Virus record (IMG/VR): IMGVR_UViG_3300027825_000082
Source: a virus
Length of the DNA stretch: 15,631 nt
Direction: 5' to 3' (one strand)
Shown here: positions 1 through 5,422 of the stretch, in pieces
How positions within the stretch are numbered: the first letter of the stretch is position 1
Layout of the letters: the number at the start of each line of letters is the position of its first letter
Translations under genes and position numbers: made by a program
Notes under the pieces: generated by a model
The model's input: the letters and a program-made list of their open reading frames with translations, nothing else
Databases searched by the model: none
Told to the model about the DNA's origin: nothing

Positions 1-19
1 TGCTAAAGGGGCGGGTATT

Positions 20-93
20 TGGCTGGCACACAGGGATTCGAACCCCGATACCTTGCTCCAGAGGCAAGGGTCCTGCCGTTGAACGATGTGCCA
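20..93 (-). tRNA. tRNA-Gln (anticodon CTG), 74 nt, CCA encoded
   Basis: Manual cloverleaf: 7-bp acceptor tggcaca/tgtgcca, D stem gttc/ggac, AC stem cttgc/gcaag with loop ctCTGga, T arm cgggg-ttcgaat-ccctg, discriminator G, CCA. Confidence 0.8.
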
Positions 94-108
94 ATCTCGG
101 TTAGATGC

Positions 109-312
109 TCACTTGGCGATGTCCTTGATCTCGGACATCAGCCTGACGATCTCCGCGTCGCCGGACGCCTGCTTCACGGCCGCCTTGCCGAGCTCCTCGG
201 GCGTGGCGGTGAACGCGCTCTGCGCGGCCTCGCGCTGCCCCGGTGCCTGCATCTGCTCAAGCATCTCGTCGAACACGCCCGTCAGGTCCATGTCGAACAC
301 GTTGCACCTCAT
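109..312 (-). CDS. hypothetical small protein (67 aa) between two tRNA genes
   Basis: ATG-initiated ORF with strongly GC-rich third codon positions like the rest of the operon; no recognisable domain. Confidence 0.5.
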   Translation of the reverse strand: MRCNVFDMDLTGVFDEMLEQMQAPGQREAAQSAFTATPEELGKAAVKQASGDAEIVRLMSEIKDIAK

Positions 313-316
313 GATC

Positions 317-401
317 TGGTAGCCCCGGTAGGATTCGAACCTACGATGGATTTCTCCGCTGGTTTAGGAAACCAGTGCCTTGTCCACTAGACTACGGGGC
401 C
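317..401 (-). tRNA. atypical tRNA, anticodon CCT (Arg-type) with a 14-nt variable region, 85 nt
   Basis: Acceptor ggccccg/cggggct, D stem gtct/aggc, perfect AC stem ctggt/accag loop ttCCTaa, variable region cggagaaatccatc (gga-GAAA-tcc mini-hairpin), T arm gtagg-ttcgaat-cctac, CCA. Confidence 0.6.
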
Positions 402-406
402 AAACT

Positions 407-580
407 TTAATCCCTGTCGCGTGCGCTCTCGCGCCGCTTCTTCAGGTGGGCCGTCCACGGCTGCGGCCTTCCCGCGCCGTCTATCCATCCCCACGCGACC
501 AACCTGTCGAACAGCTCGTGCGTCTGCTTGTCGCCCGCGCTGCTGTAGATGCCTAGCCTCTTGATGTCTTGGATGTCCAT
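407..580 (-). CDS. hypothetical small protein (57 aa)
   Basis: ATG ORF (MDIQDIKRLGIYSSAGDKQTHELFDRLVAWGWIDG...) below the ORF-track size cutoff; very high GC3; weak SD. Confidence 0.4.
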   Translation of the reverse strand: MDIQDIKRLGIYSSAGDKQTHELFDRLVAWGWIDGAGRPQPWTAHLKKRRESARDRD

Positions 581-703
581 AGAAGCATCATAGCACCGGA
601 AAAACTAAACTGGTAGTCCCTGACCGTGTCGGTCGGCGCATCCGGGACCAGATGGTGAAGGGTTCCTTTTTATGAGAGGCGTCTACCCTTCGAACTTTCC
701 CTC

Positions 704-1249
704 TTACTTGTCCAGCGTGACGTTCCAGTAGAGCCACGACTCCCACTGCTTCCACTCCGGGCGCATCTTGTGGATGTGGAGCTTGAAGTTGTACTTGGGG
801 TCGCTGGCCTTCGGCTCGACAGGCTGCTTGAGGAGGTGCATGCCCGCCTCTGCGGGGGTCATGCCGCTCTTCTTCTTGTTGCAGCGCAGGCAAGCCAGGA
901 CCAGGTTCGTCCAGCTCGACACTCCGCCCTGGCAGCGCGGGACCACGTGGTCCAGCGTGTACTCGGACGTGTGCAGAACGCGTGCGCAGTACTGGCACTC
1001 CCCGTTGTCGCGGACGTAAACGTTGCGGCGCGAGAAGGGCACGGCCATGCGCTTGCGGCGGACCCAGGCGTTGCGGACCACGATCACGCGGGGCATCCCG
1101 TAGGAGAAGCTCGGCGTGTTGAGCCTGCGGCCGTCCTCGTCCTCCTTGACGACCTGCGCTCGGCCCTCGTAGAGAAGCTTGGCCGCCCGCTTCCAGGTGC
1201 AGAAGCTCTGGGGCTGCCAGTTCATGTCTAGGACCAGGATTTCGGACAT
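704..1249 (-). CDS. HNH homing-type endonuclease (181 aa) inserted inside the tRNA array
   Basis: Motifs RDNGECQYCA ... LDHVVPRCQGG ... NLVLACLRCN (CxxC / H / N / CxxC, HNH fold); start at internal ATG 1249 preceded by AGAGGAG SD 6 nt upstream; the track ORF 704..1267 has an N-terminal extension. Confidence 0.85.
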   Translation of the reverse strand: MSEILVLDMNWQPQSFCTWKRAAKLLYEGRAQVVKEDEDGRRLNTPSFSYGMPRVIVVRNAWVRRKRMAVPFSRRNVYVRDNGECQYCARVLHTSEYTLDHVVPRCQGGVSSWTNLVLACLRCNKKKSGMTPAEAGMHLLKQPVEPKASDPKYNFKLHIHKMRPEWKQWESWLYWNVTLDK

Positions 1250-1287
1250 AAATGTCTCCTCTCTCAAGGGTTTGCGAAGCCAAAATT

Positions 1288-1363
1288 TGGTGCACCGGGC
1301 GGGAGTCGAACCCGCAACCTGTCGATTAAGAGTCGAATGCTCTGCCAGTTGAGCTACCGATGC
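1288..1363 (-). tRNA. tRNA-Lys (anticodon CTT), 76 nt
   Basis: Acceptor gcatcgg/ccggtgc (one G-U), D arm gctc-aactggca-gagc, AC loop ctCTTaa, T arm gcggg-ttcgact-cccgc, discriminator A, CCA. Confidence 0.8.
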
Positions 1364-1389
1364 GCTGCTACTACAATACCACGAAAATT

Positions 1390-1468
1390 TGGTCGGCGCG
1401 GAGGGATTCGAACCCCCATCTTACCGGGTAAGAGCCGGATATGTTGAACCGTTAAACACCACGCGCCG
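1390..1468 (-). tRNA. tRNA-Lys-like (anticodon CTT), 79 nt with an 11-nt D loop
   Basis: Perfect acceptor cggcgcg/cgcgccg, D stem gtgt/acat, AC stem 4 bp (ccgg/ccgg) plus a U-U mismatch, loop ctCTTac, T arm ggggg-ttcgaat-ccctc, CCA. Confidence 0.6.
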
Positions 1469-1473
1469 AAACT

Positions 1474-1560
1474 TGGCTGGGACGAGAGGACTCGAACCTC
1501 TAGTGAGCGTAGCTCGGGAGGATCAGAACCTCCTGGGGTTGCCAATTTTCCTACGTCCCA
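1474..1560 (-). tRNA. atypical tRNA-like, anticodon CTG (Gln-type) with a 15-nt variable arm, 87 nt
   Basis: Perfect acceptor tgggacg/cgtccca, perfect AC stem ggagg/cctcc loop ttCTGat, variable arm c-GAGC-tac-GCTC-act hairpin, T arm agagg-ttcgagt-cctct, CCA; the D arm is weak (2-3 bp). Confidence 0.5.
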
Positions 1561-1640
1561 ACAACCGAAACTTGTGGGCGGGCGCTTTGGTCATCGCCCT
1601 CCTATGAACGAAGTTGCCTTCTACGTCCCCGCCCAAAACT

Positions 1641-1726
1641 TGGCTCAGGTGGTGGGATTCGAACCCACATGTCCTTTCGGAGCCGGGTTAACAGCCCGGT
1701 GCAGCGACCGTTCATGCGTCACCTGA
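1641..1726 (-). tRNA. atypical tRNA, anticodon GTT (Asn-type) with a 14-nt variable region, 86 nt
   Basis: Perfect acceptor tcaggtg/cacctga, 3-bp D stem gca/tgc with 11-nt loop, perfect AC stem ccggg/cccgg loop ctGTTaa, variable ctccgaaaggacat (tcc-GAAA-gga), T arm gtggg-ttcgaat-cccac, CCA. Confidence 0.55.
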
Positions 1727-1796
1727 ACAACGCGGTTTCCAATGTTTATCGGCTTGCGCCGGGATGGCCCGAAGGCTCAAACATCCACCGCGAAAC

Positions 1797-1871
1797 TGGC
1801 TGGGACGGGAGGACTCGAACCTCCATCTTTCACCTTAACAGGGTGACAACTTGCCGTTAGCCCACATCCCA
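1797..1871 (-). tRNA. tRNA-Asn (anticodon GTT), 75 nt
   Basis: Acceptor tgggatg/cgtccca, AC stem tcacc/ggtga loop ctGTTaa, T arm ggagg-ttcgagt-cctcc, CCA; D stem has two G-U pairs. Confidence 0.75.
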
Positions 1872-1877
1872 AAAGTC

Positions 1878-1954
1878 TGGTACCCAAGGAGGGATTCGAA
1901 CCCCCGACCTCCGCGTTCGTAGCGCGTTGCTCTAGTCCGCTGAGCTACTCAGGC
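1878..1954 (-). tRNA. tRNA-Arg (anticodon ACG), 77 nt
   Basis: Classic D arm tagctcagcggactagagca, AC loop ctACGaa, T arm ggggg-ttcgaat-ccctc, CCA; acceptor stem has three G-U pairs. Confidence 0.75.
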
Positions 1955-1964
1955 ACTTCTAAAA

Positions 1965-2039
1965 TGGCTGGGACGGTAGGACTCGAACCTACAACCATAC
2001 GGTTAACAGCCGTACGCTCTGCCATTGAGCTACATCCCA
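1965..2039 (-). tRNA. tRNA-Asn (anticodon GTT), 75 nt, fully canonical
   Basis: Acceptor tgggatg/cgtccca, D arm gctc-aatggca-gagc, AC stem tacgg/ccgta loop ctGTTaa, T arm gtagg-ttcgagt-cctac, CCA. Confidence 0.85.
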
Positions 2040-2044
2040 AAACC

Positions 2045-2119
2045 TGGAGGTCCCGGAGGGATTCGAACCCTCACTGTTCCGCGTTCGAAGCGCGGTCGAC
2101 TATCGTTGCCGACGGAACC
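2045..2119 (-). tRNA. tRNA-Arg (anticodon TCG), 75 nt
   Basis: Acceptor ggttccg/cgggacc (one G-U), AC stem ccgcg/cgcgg loop ctTCGaa, T arm gaggg-ttcgaat-ccctc, discriminator T, CCA; D arm short and irregular. Confidence 0.65.
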
Positions 2120-2125
2120 GAAATC

Positions 2126-2202
2126 TGGTGCTCGCGGGCGGATTCGAACCGCCAACCTCAGCCTTCGCAGGGCTGCGCTCTGATCCGTTGAGCTACGCGA
2201 GC
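2126..2202 (-). tRNA. tRNA-Arg (anticodon GCG), 77 nt
   Basis: Perfect acceptor gctcgcg/cgcgagc, D arm gctc-aacggatca-gagc, AC stem cagcc/ggctg loop ctGCGaa, T arm ggcgg-ttcgaat-ccgcc, CCA. Confidence 0.8.
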
Positions 2203-2205
2203 AAA

Positions 2206-2397
2206 CTAAATCTTGTACGCCACGCCGTCCTGGCCCGTGTACGTGCGGCTGACGCCGAAAATCTCCCGAGCCAGATTCCCGCGTTCGACGCAAAAGGCTG
2301 GAGCGCCCTCCCACCTTGAGCATACCGTCCCCGGCGAGGCGTTGCACCTTGGGTTAGGGCAACGAACGTCGAACGCGGGATGGTTGGACTCGACCAT
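2206..2397 (-). CDS. hypothetical Cys-containing small protein (63 aa) between tRNA genes
   Basis: ATG ORF from the track; moderate GC3 (about 70%); CPNPRC...C...C pattern; no clear SD. Confidence 0.35.
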   Translation of the reverse strand: MVESNHPAFDVRCPNPRCNASPGTVCSRWEGAPAFCVERGNLAREIFGVSRTYTGQDGVAYKI

Positions 2398-2402
2398 ATC
2401 TT

Positions 2403-2479
2403 TGGTGCCCGTGGAGGGATTCGAACCCCCGGCCGCTGCCTTCGGAGGGCAGTGCTCTGTTCCGCTGAGCTACGCGGGC
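2403..2479 (-). tRNA. tRNA-Arg (anticodon CCG), 77 nt
   Basis: Acceptor gcccgcg/cacgggc (one C-A mismatch), D arm gctc-agcggaaca-gagc, AC stem ctgcc/ggcag loop ctCCGaa, T arm ggggg-ttcgaat-ccctc, CCA. Confidence 0.75.
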
Positions 2480-2628
2480 ATCTGTTTCTCAAACGGCGCG
2501 ATCTGCTTCCCCAGCTTCGCCGCCTGCTTCGCCAAGGCCTGCTTCATGGTTCCTGGCGGAAGGTCGCTCGCGATCCTTTTCAGGTTCGCTATCTGCGCCT
2601 TCGTCTTCAGAATGTCCATCTTCTCCAT
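2470..2628 (-). CDS. hypothetical Lys-rich small protein (52 aa); its 3' end overlaps tRNA-Arg(CCG) by 10 nt
   Basis: ATG ORF (MEKMDILKTKAQIANLKRIASDLPPGTMKQ...) below the track cutoff; high GC3; GAGG SD 6 nt upstream; the overlap with a tRNA lowers confidence. Confidence 0.3.
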   Translation of the reverse strand: MEKMDILKTKAQIANLKRIASDLPPGTMKQALAKQAAKLGKQIAPFEKQMPA

Positions 2629-2648
2629 GTCAAGCCTCTCTCTAAATC

Positions 2649-2728
2649 TGGTGGACCCGGCGGGACTCGAACCCGCGTCTCCGTATGCCCGAAGGCTCCC
2701 GGCGACTCTGCCCCTGAGCTACGGCCCC
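2649..2728 (-). tRNA. tRNA-like element (80 nt) with an aberrant anticodon arm; possible pseudo-tRNA (GCC anticodon if folded canonically)
   Basis: Good acceptor (ggggccg/cgggtcc, one mismatch), D arm gctc-aggggca-gagt, T arm gcggg-ttcgagt-cccgc, CCA; the central region gccgggaGCCttcgggc has an internal G-G mismatch and forms a gcc-UUCG-ggc tetraloop instead of a 7-nt U33-containing loop. Confidence 0.45.
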
Positions 2729-2734
2729 GAACTT

Positions 2735-2810
2735 TGGGGTGAGCGAGGGGATTCGAACCCCCGACTACTGGCTCCACAGGCCAGCGTTCTGCCGCTGAAC
2801 TACGCTCACC
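2735..2810 (-). tRNA. tRNA-His (anticodon GTG) with encoded G-1, 75+1 nt
   Basis: Perfect acceptor gtgagcg/cgctcac, extra 5' G pairing with the C73 discriminator (His identity element), AC stem ctggc/gccag loop ctGTGga, T arm ggggg-ttcgaat-cccct, CCA. Confidence 0.8.
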
Positions 2811-2825
2811 ACAGCTACCCCTAAT

Positions 2826-2904
2826 TGGGGTGACGAGTGGGGGTCGAACCCACCAGAACTGGTTTCACAGACCAGTGCAACATCCCCGGAGTTGCCATCG
2901 TCAC
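2826..2904 (-). tRNA. second GTG-anticodon tRNA (His-type) without G-1, 79 nt with an 11-nt D loop
   Basis: Perfect acceptor gtgacga/tcgtcac, D stem gcaa/ttgc, perfect AC stem ctggt/accag loop ctGTGaa, T arm gtggg-ttcgacc-cccac, discriminator C, CCA; the nucleotide 5' of +1 is T, not G. Confidence 0.65.
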
Positions 2905-2943
2905 AATCTGCGCGGCGGCCGAATCACGCCACGACTTAAGCTT

Positions 2944-3019
2944 TGGCAGGGGCGGAGGGACTCGAACCCCCGTCTTACGGTTTTGGAGACCGACGTCGTA
3001 GCCGCTAGACCACGCCCCT
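2944..3019 (-). tRNA. tRNA-Trp (anticodon CCA), 76 nt
   Basis: Perfect acceptor aggggcg/cgcccct, AC stem cggt/accg loop ctCCAaa, T arm ggggg-ttcgagt-ccctc, discriminator G, CCA. Confidence 0.75.
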
Positions 3020-3035
3020 GTATGTCAAAAACCCT

Positions 3036-3068
3036 GTAAAAATGCAAAACCCGCCAGTCTTTGGCGGG
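3036..3068 (-). terminator. intrinsic (rho-independent) terminator, minus strand
   Basis: Minus-strand 7-bp GC stem CCCGCCA-aagac-TGGCGGG followed directly by TTTTGCATTTTT; the plus-strand side has only a weak T tract. Confidence 0.75.
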
Positions 3069-3240
3069 TCTGTTGATCTCGATCTTGGGAGGGTTCCTAG
3101 TTAGTTTCCCTCGTTGACAGAGAACAGACCTGCGCCGAACCAGCGGTTATTCCGCTGGCGGACATCTCCCTGATGCTTTCGGGAGACGATCGCGTTGGCT
3201 TTCCTTGAGGTCATAGGTGTTCCCTGTTCCGTACTCTCAC

Positions 3241-3270
3241 ATAATACTCCGGAAGCGGCAAAATTGTCCA
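3241..3270 (-). promoter_or_regulatory. candidate sigma70-like promoter (TGGACA - 18 nt - TATTAT) reading leftward
   Basis: Hexamers read on the minus strand, just downstream of the last operon gene's stop (3277) and about 190 nt upstream of the terminator at 3036..3068; host sigma factor unknown. Confidence 0.3.
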
Positions 3271-3276
3271 GAGTTG

Positions 3277-3435
3277 TCAGAATTTATTTTTTCGGCCCCT
3301 GTAGTTCTCGCAGGACGGGACGGGGCACTCGCCCTCCTTGCAGCGCCACATCACGTACGCGCCCCGCAGCCAGCCCGCCCAGTAGGAGACGAAAATGACC
3401 GAGAACATCACGCCGTAGGTGGCCAGGAACCTCAT
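3277..3435 (-). CDS. small membrane protein (52 aa, one TM helix)
   Basis: MRFLATYGVMFSVIFVSYWAGWL hydrophobic helix then CKEGECPVPSC; ATG overlaps the upstream stop as ATGA; the track ORF 3277..3807 has a spurious Arg/Pro-rich N-terminal extension. Confidence 0.7.
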   Translation of the reverse strand: MRFLATYGVMFSVIFVSYWAGWLRGAYVMWRCKEGECPVPSCENYRGRKNKF

Positions 3436-3665
3436 CTGCTGAAGTCCACGCCGTGGTTCGAGCTCAGGGGGTAGTGCGTCCCCTCGGCGGCCTGACGGGC
3501 GACATCCAGGGGGTTGGTCTTCTTCCCCCGCATGCCCCTGACCATCGCCGAGCACGCCTTGTGCACGTCGGAGTTCGGGTCCACCTGCGTGATGCAGGCG
3601 TCCAGCCAGTCGGCCAGCTCGTCTATCGTCTCGTTCCTCACCTGCTCGCGGTCTGCGGTGTTCAT
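3432..3665 (-). CDS. hypothetical protein (77 aa)
   Basis: High GC3 begins at the internal ATG at 3665, which overlaps the upstream stop (ATGA); the extended track ORF has low GC3 upstream of it. Confidence 0.65.
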   Translation of the reverse strand: MNTADREQVRNETIDELADWLDACITQVDPNSDVHKACSAMVRGMRGKKTNPLDVARQAAEGTHYPLSSNHGVDFSR

Positions 3666-3961
3666 CTGGATATGATACCGGACTTTGCCCGGAGCACCGC
3701 GAAAACTTCGCGCCAGTCGTATGGGCATCCTGGCCTCCCGCACGCGGGGCAGTTGTCGCCGCTGTCCGGGCTCGCTCCCCTGCGGGGCGCGGGCGGCAGC
3801 GCGGCAAGCTCCTCAGCCAGGGCGATAGCTTCGTCGAGTCTCTGCACTGTGCGCTTGTACGCCCCTATGAGGTTGCCCGCGACGCCGAAGCCGTCGCCCT
3901 CCACGGCCTTCATCCGCTCACGGATGCGGGCGGCCATCTGCCTCAGTTCTTCGTCCATCAC
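3662..3961 (-). CDS. hypothetical protein (99 aa) with a CPACGRPGCPY motif
   Basis: Track ORF; GTG start overlaps the upstream stop (GTGA), or ATG 3 nt downstream; high GC3. Confidence 0.65.
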   Translation of the reverse strand: MMDEELRQMAARIRERMKAVEGDGFGVAGNLIGAYKRTVQRLDEAIALAEELAALPPAPRRGASPDSGDNCPACGRPGCPYDWREVFAVLRAKSGIISR

Positions 3962-4164
3962 ATTTCCGGGTAGGGAATCTTGCGGTCGTCCATGATGCGG
4001 CGGACCCCGTACAGCGCCAGCCCGTAGGCGAGCTGGTGCTGGTAGTCCTTCGCGCCCTCAAGGGCGTCCATGAGCCGCCTGTAGTCGGCGACCAGCTCGT
4101 CGTCGGAGATTTCCCTCGTCGCCTCGACGGCGGCCTTGGCGGCGTAGAAGTCGGTCGAGTTCAT
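3958..4164 (-). CDS. hypothetical protein (68 aa)
   Basis: Start reassigned to the internal ATG at 4164 that forms an ATGA overlap with the upstream stop; the N-terminal extension in the track is low-complexity. Confidence 0.6.
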   Translation of the reverse strand: MNSTDFYAAKAAVEATREISDDELVADYRRLMDALEGAKDYQHQLAYGLALYGVRRIMDDRKIPYPEM

Positions 4165-4367
4165 GGGCCGTAGGCCTCCACCGTTGAGATGCGCTCCGCC
4201 CAGCATTTGGCGCACTGAATGTGCGTGTGGAACGCCGTCCCGTAGTGCAGCGGCGTCTTCCAGCGGTCCAGCTCGCGCCAGTCGTGCGTCCCCGCCGTCC
4301 AGTTGAGGAACAGGAAGTGGCGCTCCACGGGCTGGCACTCGAACAGCGTGGGCCCGAGGTCACTCAT
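4161..4367 (-). CDS. hypothetical protein (68 aa)
   Basis: ATG with GGGAGA SD 6 nt upstream; very high GC3. Confidence 0.7.
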   Translation of the reverse strand: MSDLGPTLFECQPVERHFLFLNWTAGTHDWRELDRWKTPLHYGTAFHTHIQCAKCWAERISTVEAYGP

Positions 4368-4632
4368 CGTCGTTCTCCCTGAACTCCAGCCCGAGGTGGT
4401 GCTCTATGACCTTCATGCGGTGCTCCGCGTAGCCGTAGTCCTCGTAGCCGACCGAGCCGCTGACCCGCACGCAGTAGCCGCAGGAGCACAGGACGAAGAA
4501 GCTGGAGTGCCCGTCGCACATGTGGTCGTCGCACTCGCCGTCGTCGACGCGCACGCCGCCGAGGACGTGCCTTTTCTTGCCGAGGTCGCCCTCGCACTCT
4601 TTGGGGTGCCTCTTCCTGTCCACCCAGTTCAT
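4360..4632 (-). CDS. Cys/His-rich small protein (90 aa), putative metal-binding
   Basis: Internal ATG at 4632 forms ATGA with the upstream stop; CEGD...C..HMCDGH...CSCGYC cluster. Confidence 0.6.
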   Translation of the reverse strand: MNWVDRKRHPKECEGDLGKKRHVLGGVRVDDGECDDHMCDGHSSFFVLCSCGYCVRVSGSVGYEDYGYAEHRMKVIEHHLGLEFRENDDE

Positions 4633-5141
4633 CGCGTCTCCCTCTCGTCGGGGTACAGCCCGCCTATCCTGCCGCAGCCCTCGCACGGGTGGCTCAGGTG
4701 AGCGATGCAGCCCGGGTGGGCGCACGGCTTGCCCGGCTCGTACCTCCTGGCGGGCTTGGGCATCCACAGCTCCCCGGTCTGCTCGTAGATGACGCCCGGC
4801 ATGCAGTCCCTCGTCCACAGGGACAGGACGGCGTCCTTGTCCACTGAGTAGTGCTTGCAGACCGGGCCGAGCAGGAACATCAGCCAGGACTGCCAGTTCG
4901 GGAACCTGCCCTCGAACTTCCCCGGCAAGGCCTGCGGGAACTTCTTGCGGTGGTGCTCCAGCGTGTCAGCCGCGCCGAACTTCTCGTCCTCCTCGCGCCG
5001 CCAGGTCGCGTTTGAGGCGTCGGAGTGCGAGAAGCAGAACAGCGCGACGCCGTCCACCAGGAGCCCCGCGCACGAGTTGGCGGGCTTGCGGCCCTTGGAC
5101 AGGGTCGCCTCCCACCAGGCGAAGTCGGCCGCGTCCCTCAC
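4629..5141 (-). CDS. hypothetical protein (170 aa), Cys-rich C-terminus (HPGCIAHLSHPCEGCG)
   Basis: High GC3 begins exactly at a GTG overlapping the upstream stop (GTGA). The first 120 nt of track ORF 4629..5258 is out of phase with the clearly coding upstream gene. Start uncertain (GTG at 5141, or the only ATG, M127, much further in). Confidence 0.55.
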   Translation of the reverse strand: MRDAADFAWWEATLSKGRKPANSCAGLLVDGVALFCFSHSDASNATWRREEDEKFGAADTLEHHRKKFPQALPGKFEGRFPNWQSWLMFLLGPVCKHYSVDKDAVLSLWTRDCMPGVIYEQTGELWMPKPARRYEPGKPCAHPGCIAHLSHPCEGCGRIGGLYPDERETR

Positions 5142-5347
5142 GCCAGCACCGCGCCAGGGGTCTTCGCCCTGCGCCCGTGCTCGCCGTTGACATGCTCGTT
5201 CATTTTCGCATCCCTGTCCAGCTCGTCGGGCGACTCGAACTCCATGGTCCAGCCGCACTGGGGGCAGACGAACCCGTAGTAGGTGGTGGCCGTGCTACAG
5301 TCCTCGAACGTGTAGCTGCCGTCCTCTTTGCTGTACACGCTGCCCAT
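5138..5347 (-). CDS. hypothetical protein (69 aa) with a CPQCGW motif
   Basis: ATG preceded by GGAGGGGG SD with 5-nt spacer; the track lists a TTG start 24 nt upstream. Confidence 0.65.
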   Translation of the reverse strand: MGSVYSKEDGSYTFEDCSTATTYYGFVCPQCGWTMEFESPDELDRDAKMNEHVNGEHGRRAKTPGAVLA

Positions 5348-5422
5348 CAGCGCCCCCTCCGCTTGAGCCAAAGTCCGGCGAGGAACACCAGGAAAAAGAA
5401 GAACGCCTGCGCGAGCATGACC

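Noticed and set aside
600-703. gaagggt ... acccttc inverted repeat downstream of the HNH gene as a terminator
   Set aside because: The loop would be 23 nt and there is no adjacent T tract, so it is not convincing as an intrinsic terminator.
588-1295. 235-aa minus-strand ORF overlapping the HNH gene in another frame
   Set aside because: Gln/Arg/Pro-rich low-complexity product. The in-phase alternative, 704..1249, has clear HNH motifs and an SD.
20-3019. Possibility that the ggattcgaacc-containing units are a repeat or CRISPR-like array, or plus-strand tRNAs
   Set aside because: Spacing and content are irregular. Each unit folds as a cloverleaf only in the minus orientation, where the T arm is next to the 3' acceptor and the end pairing is 7 bp. 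The core TTCGAA is palindromic, so orientation was decided from the acceptor, D arm and CCA positions.
3113-3141. Plus-strand TTGACA hexamer resembling a -35 element
   Set aside because: No acceptable -10 at 17 nt spacing, and it would drive antisense transcription into an all-minus-strand region.
3277-3807. Long N-terminal extensions of several track ORFs (for example 3277..3807, 3958..4338, 4360..4818, 5824..6426, 7740..8117, 8114..9271, 13548..14171)
   Set aside because: The extensions are low-complexity with lower GC3. Each true start coincides with an ATGA or GTGA overlap or an SD, so starts were moved inward.
4629-5141. PAPS-reductase or DndC-like assignment for the 170-aa protein based on LFCFSHSDAS
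   Set aside because: The motif only loosely resembles the FSGGKDS P-loop (the Asp is displaced by one position), and I could see no other supporting motifs. Left as hypothetical.
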